From NCBI GenBank assembly GCA_016187025.1, contig JACPKM010000001.1, positions 448,055 through 512,054 of the forward strand: a stretch of 64,000 bases of DNA, read 5' to 3'. The notes beneath the pieces were generated by a model, which saw only the letters and a program-made list of their open reading frames with translations, made no database searches and was not told the DNA's origin. A program made the translations under genes and the position numbers. This document shows, piece after piece, positions 51,116-59,794 of this stretch; position 1 is the stretch's first letter, and every line of letters starts with the position of its first letter. Source of the DNA: Candidatus Daviesbacteria bacterium. Its GTDB lineage: Bacteria; Patescibacteriota; Microgenomatia; Daviesbacterales; UBA10151.

Positions 51116-51841
51116 ATGAAAGTAACCGATAAAAAAAGGAAATATAGCGTATCTGTAATTATTCCTTGCTACAACGAGGAAGGCAATATTGAGGAGTGTA
51201 TAAGACGAGTTCCTAAACTTGGCAGTGATACTGAAATAGTCGTAGTAGATGATGGATCCAAGGATGCTACAGCAGATATAATCAAGAAACTTCGTAAAAG
51301 ATATAAAAATTTAAAACTTATGTCTTATTTTCCAAACAGAGGCAAAGGCAATGCTGTTAGGGCAGGTCTAAATGCGGCCAAAGGAGACGTCCTTATTATT
51401 CTAGATGCTGATATGGCAGTGGCTCCAGAAGAGATGAATAAATTTGTTAAGCCTCTTATTGATGGCAAAGTCGGATTTACAAACGGAACAAGATTTATTT
51501 ATAAAATGGAGAAAGGAGCTATGGGGAAAATTAACTATATAGGGAATAGATTAATGGGGTTACTGTTTACTCTGGCTATAGGACAGAAAATTACCGACAG
51601 TCTTTGTGGAACTAAGGCTTTATTCAGAAAAGATTACAAAAAAATAGGAATTCATAAAGATGATCCATGGGGAGATTTCTCTTTAATTTTTGGAGCTGCT
51701 AGATTAGGACTCAAGATTCAAGAGATATCTATACACTACAAAAAACGGGTGGCCGGTAAGTCAAAAATGAAATTAATAGAACATGGTACGAAGTTATTCT
51801 ATATATGGTTTAGACAATTCCAGCAATATCGTTTTCAGTAA
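51116..51841 (+). CDS. DPM-like GT2 glycosyltransferase
   Basis: IPCYNEEGNI, VDDGSKD, GKGNAV..G, LDADM, NGTR, DSLCGTK, DPWGDF, G.SKM. Confidence 0.85.
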   Translation: MKVTDKKRKYSVSVIIPCYNEEGNIEECIRRVPKLGSDTEIVVVDDGSKDATADIIKKLRKRYKNLKLMSYFPNRGKGNAVRAGLNAAKGDVLIILDADMAVAPEEMNKFVKPLIDGKVGFTNGTRFIYKMEKGAMGKINYIGNRLMGLLFTLAIGQKITDSLCGTKALFRKDYKKIGIHKDDPWGDFSLIFGAARLGLKIQEISIHYKKRVAGKSKMKLIEHGTKLFYIWFRQFQQYRFQ

Positions 51842-51854
51842 GTTTTGTTTTTCT

Positions 51855-52583
51855 ATGAGGAAAAAAGCCAAAAATGAGCATCTCCAGAAGTTGAACCTTT
51901 TTATCAAACAACAACAGCACCTTAAGAAAGTTTATGCCCAGGTAAAAGGTATCTATTTGATAAATGAAAAGATTGGGTTAGTAATGGGAGGACATGGGCT
52001 TGATCATGTTCAAAGAGTCGCTGGAATGTCAGCGGTATTATCCTCACTGGAAGGAGTAAGCCCTTATCTACCAATTTTGGCAGCTTTAATACATGATTTA
52101 GGACGTATTAGCAACGACCCTAGAGCTAAAACTTACTTACATGGACAGTTATCTGTGAAAATGTCCAAAGAGATTTGAACCTCACTGCCTTTAACTGCAG
52201 AGGAGAGGATCATAGTTCAAAATGCAGTGATTGATCACCCTTTACTTAATGATAAGGTAAGAGTGAACTGGCTAGTGAAGGTATTGATGGATGCCGATAG
52301 ATTGGATAGTATGGGAGCGCTGGGTCCAGTAAGAGCAGCAGCTACGAGGTGGAATCTTCCCCTCTATACTGATAAAAAAATTGAATCTGCAGAGGAAAAA
52401 GACATAAAATCCATATTTCAGGATTTTTCCATCAGAGTCCCTAAAATCTATAATTCATTATGGACTAAATCAGCTCGTCAAATTGCCAGGTCCAGAATTC
52501 AATTTTTAAGGGTATTTATCAAAGAGTATGAAAAAGAGGCTCACTTTATGTTAAAAAGTTTTCATGATCTAGAAATTGAGTAA
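51855..52583 (+). pseudogene. HD-domain phosphohydrolase interrupted by a single in-frame TGA (52176-52178)
   Basis: The two listed ORFs share a frame: H.LDHVQRV...IHDLGR...H...MSKEI*TSLPL...H...DADRLDSMGALG. Confidence 0.8.
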
Positions 52584-52606
52584 AATATGTTATATTCTCA
52601 TTACTT

Positions 52607-55102
52607 GTGTCAATAATAAAATATATTTTAGTAACTGGCTCTGGTGGATTGATTGGTTCTGAAGCAGTCAACTTTTTTTGCAAGAATGACTACCAGGTAG
52701 TTGGGATCGACAATAATATGCGGGCATATTATTTTGGAAATGAAGGAAGTACGCATGAAAGTATTGAGAAGCATCAGAAAATCTATAAAAATTACAAACA
52801 TTTTAATATTGATATCCGAGAGAAAGAAGCGATAGAAGAAATTTTTAGAAAGTATAAATTTGATTTAATCATTCATACTGCCGCTCAACCTTCTCATGAT
52901 TGGGCTGCTAAAGAACCGTTAACGGATTTTAGCGTAAATGCCAATGGGACTCTAATATTATTAGAGAATTTTAGAAAATACTCATCAGAAGGAGTGTTTA
53001 TATTTACCTCTACTAATAAGGTTTATGGAGATAATCCTAATTTCTTGCCACTTGTAGAGAACAAAACAAGATTTGAGATAGATTCTAAACATAAGTATAA
53101 GAATGGAATAACAGAGGATATGCCGTTGGATAATACTACCCATAGCCTTTTTGGGGTTTCTAAAGCAGCAGCCGATTTGATGGTACAAGAGTATGGTAGA
53201 TATTTTAATTTAAAAACAGGTATCTTTAGGGGCGGGTGTTTAACAGGTTCGGGTCACGCGGGAGTACAGCAACATGGATTCTTATCGTACCTGGTTAAAT
53301 GTATTGTGACCGGCAGGAAATATACAATTTTTGGATACAAGGGTAAGCAGGTGAGAGATAATATTCACGCGCACGATTTAATTAACGCCTTTTATCACTT
53401 TTACCAAAAACCCCATATAGGGGAAGTTTACAATATTGGGGGGTCAAGGTTTGCCAATATTTCGATGCTAGAGGCAATAAAAAAAATTGAAGATATTTCA
53501 GATAGGAAATCAAATATTGAGTACATTGACCAAAATAGAATTGGAGATCACATTTGGTATGTATCTTGTATTGATAAGTTCAAAAACAGTTATCCCGACT
53601 GGAAGTATGAGTACGATATTGATGCTACTATAGAAGACATTTGCAGGAATAGTTACTTTGCTAAAAAAGTGTTCTCATTCTCGGTAGCTAAAAATTTAGA
53701 CTACTGGAGAGAAAAAAATTGGTATTACCATAACTTGTTGAGACAAATATTTAAAGAGGCTATCCCTGAGGGTTCAAAGGTATTACAAGTAGGTTACGGA
53801 TTGGGTGATATATTAGCATCGTTATTTCCTAAAAAAGGTGTAAGTATTGATGTTGACGACGATGTAGTTACGGTTTCAAAACGCAGATATCCCTACATCA
53901 AGTTTTTAAAAGCAGATCCAGAAAAGATTGGCCTAAAGAATAGGTTTGATTATGCGATTTTTCCAAATTCTGTCGATCACTTTACAGATATTCAACTTGT
54001 TTTGGAGAGAGTAAGTAGTGTTCTAAACAATAAGGGAAAAATTGTTATTGCTGGAATTAATCCAAGGTGGGAGCAAATATTTTATATATTAGAAAAACTC
54101 AATTTAAAAAGAAATGAACCTCCGCGAAATTGGTTGAGAATAGAGAATTTGAAAAACTTAGTAACTGTTTCTGGATATGAAGTAACAGATTATGGTTTCA
54201 GGATTTTAGTTCCAATGCATATCCCTGTTATAAGTAGGGTGATTAACAGGTTGGTAAAAAATGTAAAGTTCTTATCGCGTTTTTGCGTTGAACAATACGT
54301 CGTAGGCGAAAAGAAAAAAATTGTTATAGATAAAAAATTGACAACATCAATTATTATTCCCCATTTCAATCAATACGAAGATTTAAAAAAATGCTTACAA
54401 GAGCTTCCCAAAATTGGGAAAAAAACAGAGGTTGTATTGGTGGATTATGGTTCTGACAGTAACATTGTAGATCTGGTAAAAAGACTTATAAAAGGGTATA
54501 AAAACATAGAATTTATTGCTACTAAATGCGGGCGAAAAGAAGCGATTAAGCTAGGTTTAAACGCAGCTTCGGGAGATATATTCATAATTTATGAAGCAGA
54601 GATGGGTGTGCCAGCTACAGAACTAGTCAGCCTATACAAGTTATTGGCATCTAAACAAGCAGATTTTGTAAACGGTACTAGGCATATTTACCCCTTGAAG
54701 GGGCAACGTCTGCGTCAATTAAATATAATTGTTAACCTTCTATTTGGATGGTTTTATACTTGGTTACTAGGGCAGCAAGTAACTGATCTTTTATGTAATG
54801 TAAAAGCGTTGTGTAAAGAAGACTATGCGAAACTCAAAATAAACGGAAAAATAGATAGCAACTTTGATCTTCTTTTTGCTGCTGCAACAAATAATTTAAA
54901 AATTGTAGAATTACCAGTGCACTACCGCAAAAATTTCTCAGCTAAGTCAAATATAGAATTATTCAAACATATAGTTTTACTTGTTCAGATGGGTTTATTT
55001 GGTCTTTGGAGTATGAAGATTAAATCTTTACTTAAGGTGAGAACAAAGAAGATATCTTTACCGCGTGGAAAAAAATTAATCTTAGATCTTGTAGGGAAAT
55101 AA
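52607..55102 (+). CDS. Triple fusion: CDP-paratose/tyvelose 2-epimerase-like SDR, SAM-methyltransferase-like domain, GT2-like domain
   Basis: [48 protein letters not shown]; [16 protein letters not shown]; SIIIP..N, NGTR, DLLC..K. Confidence 0.8.
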   Translation: MSIIKYILVTGSGGLIGSEAVNFFCKNDYQVVGIDNNMRAYYFGNEGSTHESIEKHQKIYKNYKHFNIDIREKEAIEEIFRKYKFDLIIHTAAQPSHDWAAKEPLTDFSVNANGTLILLENFRKYSSEGVFIFTSTNKVYGDNPNFLPLVENKTRFEIDSKHKYKNGITEDMPLDNTTHSLFGVSKAAADLMVQEYGRYFNLKTGIFRGGCLTGSGHAGVQQHGFLSYLVKCIVTGRKYTIFGYKGKQVRDNIHAHDLINAFYHFYQKPHIGEVYNIGGSRFANISMLEAIKKIEDISDRKSNIEYIDQNRIGDHIWYVSCIDKFKNSYPDWKYEYDIDATIEDICRNSYFAKKVFSFSVAKNLDYWREKNWYYHNLLRQIFKEAIPEGSKVLQVGYGLGDILASLFPKKGVSIDVDDDVVTVSKRRYPYIKFLKADPEKIGLKNRFDYAIFPNSVDHFTDIQLVLERVSSVLNNKGKIVIAGINPRWEQIFYILEKLNLKRNEPPRNWLRIENLKNLVTVSGYEVTDYGFRILVPMHIPVISRVINRLVKNVKFLSRFCVEQYVVGEKKKIVIDKKLTTSIIIPHFNQYEDLKKCLQELPKIGKKTEVVLVDYGSDSNIVDLVKRLIKGYKNIEFIATKCGRKEAIKLGLNAASGDIFIIYEAEMGVPATELVSLYKLLASKQADFVNGTRHIYPLKGQRLRQLNIIVNLLFGWFYTWLLGQQVTDLLCNVKALCKEDYAKLKINGKIDSNFDLLFAAATNNLKIVELPVHYRKNFSAKSNIELFKHIVLLVQMGLFGLWSMKIKSLLKVRTKKISLPRGKKLILDLVGK

Positions 55103-55110
55103 GTCTTTTT

Positions 55111-56100
55111 ATGATAGTCATTACTGGAGCGAATGGTTTTGTGGGGCAAAAATTGGCACCCCTAGCTTTAAACTATTTTAAACCATCAGATATTCTATGT
55201 TTAATCCATAATGAAAATTCCCATTTGGAAAAAAGAGGTATTAAAATTTTAAAAAAGTTTGGATTAAAAACTTTAGAGGTCGATTTAGTTACAGGTAAAA
55301 ATTTAGATTTTGTTCCTAAGTCACCCGAATTTGTTATTCATTTGGCTGCGAATACCGACACTTCAAAATCTGATCACAGGGTAAACGATATTGGGACCAA
55401 AAATCTATTAGCAGTTTTATCGGGCATTGGTCCTAAAACGCATTTTATATATACTGGTACAACTGTATTGATGAGTGGAAGGGTTAAATGTCATAAACCC
55501 TTTAGTGAAAAGGATAGAGCAAATCCTACGAATGAGTATGGCAGAACTAAATTACGGGCGGAGAAGATATTACAAGAAGCTTGTCAGGAAAAGAAGTTTA
55601 GCTTAACAATAGCCAGGTTGAATACCGTCTATGGAGGAGACCCCAGAGAGCATAAGATGTTTAAAGTTTTGGAAAAAGATATAAAAAAGAGTAAATTCAC
55701 AACAAGGCTTAACTGGCCAGGTAAGACAAGCATAGTGCATGTTGATGACGTGGCAAAAGCCTTGCTTATGCTGTTAAAAAAACCGCCAAAACCAGGTCAA
55801 TCAGAGCTTGTTTTGCTATCTGCAGAATCTCCAACTTTCTCTGAAATCATTAAAGTTATGCATGAGAAGATGGGTTATAGTTATAAACCAATTAATCTCC
55901 CCGCTTTTTTTTGGAAACTCTTATCTAACAATAGAAAATTTATATTATATTTAGAAAAAATTACCCCTCCCAGCTTGTATAATCTATTTTGGAGATTAGG
56001 TTTAATTGTAGATGATGTTATATGGTGTGAAAGCATTAATGTTCCAAGGAAATTGTCAAATTGGAATCCTAAAAAAATTATAGAGGTTGAGAAATTTTAG
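55111..56100 (+). CDS. NAD-dependent epimerase/dehydratase/reductase (extended SDR)
   Basis: TGANGFVG, HLAA, N..GT, YGRTK, R...VYG, VHVDDVA. Confidence 0.85.
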   Translation: MIVITGANGFVGQKLAPLALNYFKPSDILCLIHNENSHLEKRGIKILKKFGLKTLEVDLVTGKNLDFVPKSPEFVIHLAANTDTSKSDHRVNDIGTKNLLAVLSGIGPKTHFIYTGTTVLMSGRVKCHKPFSEKDRANPTNEYGRTKLRAEKILQEACQEKKFSLTIARLNTVYGGDPREHKMFKVLEKDIKKSKFTTRLNWPGKTSIVHVDDVAKALLMLLKKPPKPGQSELVLLSAESPTFSEIIKVMHEKMGYSYKPINLPAFFWKLLSNNRKFILYLEKITPPSLYNLFWRLGLIVDDVIWCESINVPRKLSNWNPKKIIEVEKF

Positions 56101-56118
56101 TAGCCTCGTAAAAAGGCC

Positions 56119-56147
56119 TTGCGAAATAAATAACCATCCTTTATTAT
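56119..56147 (+). promoter_or_regulatory. Putative sigma70 promoter (leaderless-type)
   Basis: TTGCGA-17nt-TATTAT; ATG 56154 follows 6 nt later. Confidence 0.6.
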
Positions 56148-56153
56148 TGACTG

Positions 56154-56660
56154 ATGTTTAAGAAAAATGTACTCATTGCCTTCTTTTTAGCTGTTATATT
56201 GATCCTTCCAGCAATAAAGATAACTTATGCAAATAATACAGCAATAGACCTACCGAAAACGCAAATAAATCCGGGATCTTTTTATTATTCTTTCAAGAGA
56301 TTATGGGAGAAAGGAATGACAATACTTAATTTCTCTGAGGAGTCTAAAATCCCGTATTATGATTCATTAGTTGCAATTCGTTTGGCGGAACTTGACTACG
56401 TAGTTAAAAACAAAATACTCTCCGAAATCGAAACATCTTCTCAGCGCTTTGCTTATTATGCAGGCACACTAACTGGGGAGTTGACTAAATTAAATAAATC
56501 GGATAAAAATAAACAAGTGATTGGGAAATACATGAAATACAAAGTTTTCTTAGAGCAGTTAAGAGATAACTTTCCCGTAAACTCAAGTTACTGGATGTTG
56601 TTGCAACACGACATCAATTCTTTAGATAATTATATTGAGAAATTAAATAAAACTACGTAA
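56154..56660 (+). CDS. Secreted helical protein, DUF5667-like
   Basis: Signal peptide, then INPGSFYYSFKRLWEK ... RLAEL pattern. Confidence 0.6.
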   Translation: MFKKNVLIAFFLAVILILPAIKITYANNTAIDLPKTQINPGSFYYSFKRLWEKGMTILNFSEESKIPYYDSLVAIRLAELDYVVKNKILSEIETSSQRFAYYAGTLTGELTKLNKSDKNKQVIGKYMKYKVFLEQLRDNFPVNSSYWMLLQHDINSLDNYIEKLNKTT

Positions 56661-56669
56661 ACTTCTAAT

Positions 56670-57938
56670 ATGAAAAATTCATTGTCTAAAAACTCACATA
56701 GAATAAAGGAGGTAAATAAATTAAAAGACTGTAGAGTTTGTGGTGGAACCTCACTTTTAACTTTTTTACAGCTTGGCCCAACTCCAGCTCCTAATGGATT
56801 TTTAGATAAAATGCAATTGAATAATTCTGAAAAGTTCTATCCTCTTGATGTATGTTTTTGTGAAAGCTGTGGAATGGTTCAACTGGCTCATGTTGTATCT
56901 CCGAAAGTAATGTTTAGTAACTACGTTTATATACCCTCAACTTCAGTAACAATGCAAGGACATTTTAATAAGTTATCGATAGATGCTATTAAAAGGACAA
57001 ATGCCGAAAGAGGGAATTTAGTCGTAGACATTGGTAGCAACGACGGAACCTTACTTAAGTTTTTTAAGGAATCAGAAATGCAGATCCTAGGAGTTGATCC
57101 AGCAGTGAATTTAGCAGATAAGGCGAACAAAGAAGAGATTGAAACCATTTGTGACTTATTTACCAGAGATTTAGCAAAAAGAATTAGAAAAGAGAAGGGA
57201 GAAGCAAAAATTATTACCGCTACTAACGTTTTCGCGCACGCTCCGGATTTACATGATTTTGTGGAAGGGGTGAAGGCTTTATTGTCTGATGATGGATTAT
57301 TCATAATTGAGTTTCCTTATTTGATTGATCTTCTTGAAAAGGTAGAGTTCGATACTATTTACCAAGAGCATTTGTCCTATATTGCTTTAACCCCTCTTAA
57401 TAAACTCTTGGAGAAGCATGGTATGTACTTGATAGATGCTAAGAGAATACCTGTACATGGCGGATCGATTAGGGTATACGTTAGTAAAGTTAACAAAGCC
57501 TCTTCCCAAAAGTTTAAATCATTAATAAAGCTTGAGAAAAAAAAGGGAATCTTAAATAGAGAAACCTATCTTAAATTTAGAAAAAGAGTTGATAATATAA
57601 GACATGATCTCGTCCAGCTTCTCTGGAGTCTAAGGCTTAAAGATAAGAAAATTGTTGGATATGGAGCGTCAGCAAAGGGAAATGTTACTCTTAATTACTG
57701 TCGGATTGGACCTGAAACACTTGACTACATTGTTGATTCGATCTCTTATAAGCAAGGTAAATTTACTCCAGGGATGCATATTCAAATACATCCTGAGAAA
57801 AAATTATTGGAAGACCAACCTGATTATACTCTTATACTGGCCTGGAACTTTGCCGACGAGATAATTAACAAACAAGAAGAATATAGGAAAAAGGGTGGAA
57901 AATTTATCTTGATGCTCCCTGAAGTTAGGATAGTCTAA
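56670..57938 (+). CDS. NDP-hexose C-methyltransferase (TylC3/EryBIII/TcaB9/NovU family)
   Basis: Zn site CRVC...CESC, VQL, DIGSNDG, NVFAH, FDTIYQEH, HGGS, YGASAKG, KQG, LAWN. Confidence 0.9.
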   Translation: MKNSLSKNSHRIKEVNKLKDCRVCGGTSLLTFLQLGPTPAPNGFLDKMQLNNSEKFYPLDVCFCESCGMVQLAHVVSPKVMFSNYVYIPSTSVTMQGHFNKLSIDAIKRTNAERGNLVVDIGSNDGTLLKFFKESEMQILGVDPAVNLADKANKEEIETICDLFTRDLAKRIRKEKGEAKIITATNVFAHAPDLHDFVEGVKALLSDDGLFIIEFPYLIDLLEKVEFDTIYQEHLSYIALTPLNKLLEKHGMYLIDAKRIPVHGGSIRVYVSKVNKASSQKFKSLIKLEKKKGILNRETYLKFRKRVDNIRHDLVQLLWSLRLKDKKIVGYGASAKGNVTLNYCRIGPETLDYIVDSISYKQGKFTPGMHIQIHPEKKLLEDQPDYTLILAWNFADEIINKQEEYRKKGGKFILMLPEVRIV

Positions 57939-58714
57939 GGATTTACCAGTTTCTCTATTCTCTTTTGAAGATTTTTTTCGGGATCCTTAAAGATATTTAC
58001 CTGAAATCCAAGGTGCGATAAGAAATAAAGCGCTAAAACCTTAAAAGTTCCAATAGAATAAAGTATACTGTTTTTTAAACTTGCTCCCCTCTTTTTTCCC
58101 TGGTAGGAAGTTTCAACGGGCACCTGAGCTGTTCTTACTTTTTTATATATTGATTGGGCAATTAGTTCAAAACTGAAAAGATAGTCATTTGAGTTTTCTT
58201 CAAAATTAACCTTTTTTAACATATCTTTTGTATATACCCTAAAACCTTGATGAAAATCGTTCAGTCTCACTCCTAATACTAAACTATCAATAGAATTAAG
58301 GAGTCTTAAAGGAATTAATTTCCAGATAAACATACCATTTTTAATTGGTTGCAAAAGGCTCGTGAAGCGATTACCTAAGATGAGTTGATACCCTTCCTGA
58401 ACCTTTTTAAGAGCTGCTGGAATAGCTGAAGGGTTGTATTCCCCATCCGGATGGATATCTATTAAGATTTCCGCTCCTCTTTTTAGTGCGATTGATAGAG
58501 CTTTCTTCATATTACCACCATATCCTAGATTCACGGGATTTTTGTAGGATATAATACCTAACTTTTTTGCAAGCTCATAAGTATTATCCTTTGAAGCATC
58601 ATCTACCAAAATAATTTCATCAGCAAAATTTTTAGGAAAACTTTTGTAAAAATTCTCTAAAGTTTTTTCTGCATTATAGGCCAGAAAAAAAACAATTATT
58701 TTTGGCTTGTTCAT
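57935..58714 (-). CDS. DPM-like GT2 glycosyltransferase
   Basis: AYNAEKTL, VDDASKD.T, NLGYGGN.K, HPDGEY.P, G.R, DFHQGFR.Y, F..E. Confidence 0.85.
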   Translation of the reverse strand: MNKPKIIVFFLAYNAEKTLENFYKSFPKNFADEIILVDDASKDNTYELAKKLGIISYKNPVNLGYGGNMKKALSIALKRGAEILIDIHPDGEYNPSAIPAALKKVQEGYQLILGNRFTSLLQPIKNGMFIWKLIPLRLLNSIDSLVLGVRLNDFHQGFRVYTKDMLKKVNFEENSNDYLFSFELIAQSIYKKVRTAQVPVETSYQGKKRGASLKNSILYSIGTFKVLALYFLSHLGFQVNIFKDPEKNLQKRIEKLVNP

Positions 58715-58765
58715 AACATACTATTTTCTTTTTAGTTTACATACATTATACTAATTTTTAGCTCT

Positions 58766-59794
58766 ATGGGAAATGACAAAGTTTTACATGGCCGGAAAAA
58801 AGGATTTTTGAAAGATAGCTCAATTTATCGTCCGTCTGATTTTTGGATTAAATTAAATGACATTCATCAGAAACAGTTAATGTTAGCTGGATTCAAAAAT
58901 TTTAAACGCTCAATTAATATGAAATATTTTAATTGGAGTACTTTGGGAATACTAGCTCACCAAGGACATCTAATTATTAATCAAATTAAAAGGGGTAACT
59001 GGCAGCCAATATTCAAAAGTAATTTTTTTAACTATAAAAGTAAATCTCGTTCAGCAGTATATAGGTTTAATCCTATTTCAGCCTTTATTTATAAAACCTT
59101 TGTAGCAGCTTATATGGATTATCTGCAGGGAGTGGATAAACAGAATATATTCAAAAAAATTAGTGAACCAAAAATCGGTAATCCATTCCTAATATCTTAT
59201 AGAGACAAGAAAATCTCTCAAGATTTATGTAATTCGGTTCATGAGTTTTACAGCATTACTAACCCGCTTGAGAAAACAAAGAAATTGAGAATTCTAGAAA
59301 TAGGAGCTGGTTATGGAAGGCTTGGCTATATTTTCCTAAATCAACTACGAGATTGTTCGTATTGTATAATTGATATTCCACCCGCCCTATTTGTTGCTCA
59401 AAAATATCTTACCAAAGTTTTTCCTAGGGAAAAATTTTTTCACTTCCGGTCCTTTAATTCATTTAAAAAAGTAAAAAAAGAGTTTGAGTCAGCGCGAATA
59501 AGTTTTCTTAATGCTGATCGGATAGAATTATTACCCGATAATTATTTTGATTTGGTGATTAACGTTAGTTCTTTACATGAAATGACTAGAGAGCAAATTA
59601 ATAATTATTTTAGACAGATTAATCGTATTTGTCGTGGATATTTTTACACTAAACAATGGCGAAAATCCAGAACCTCTGATAACAACTATATATCTGAAGG
59701 GGATTATCCCCGTCATGCTCGTTGGAATACAATTTTTCAGCGTCAACACCCAATACAGAAAATGTTCTTCGAAGCATTATACAAAATTCTTTAA
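58766..59794 (+). CDS. Putative sugar O-methyltransferase (NanM-like, class I SAM-dependent)
   Basis: PS.FW, F.NFKR, E..IGNP, LEIGAGYGRL, IDIP..L, N..SLHEM...I..YF. Confidence 0.8.
   Translation: MGNDKVLHGRKKGFLKDSSIYRPSDFWIKLNDIHQKQLMLAGFKNFKRSINMKYFNWSTLGILAHQGHLIINQIKRGNWQPIFKSNFFNYKSKSRSAVYRFNPISAFIYKTFVAAYMDYLQGVDKQNIFKKISEPKIGNPFLISYRDKKISQDLCNSVHEFYSITNPLEKTKKLRILEIGAGYGRLGYIFLNQLRDCSYCIIDIPPALFVAQKYLTKVFPREKFFHFRSFNSFKKVKKEFESARISFLNADRIELLPDNYFDLVINVSSLHEMTREQINNYFRQINRICRGYFYTKQWRKSRTSDNNYISEGDYPRHARWNTIFQRQHPIQKMFFEALYKIL

Noticed and set aside
52176-52178. TGA as glycine (code 25) or selenocysteine
   Set aside because: TGA is the terminal stop of several genes (250, 27175, 30182, 31840, 40679); the position is not a Cys-type catalytic site and no SECIS-like hairpin is evident.
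1295-59793. Upstream-extended starts in the ORF track (1295, 2826, 3799, 16875, 32879, 43780, 51080, 51783, 59722)
   Set aside because: They overlap upstream genes or promoter elements; downstream starts fit family N-termini and coupling better.
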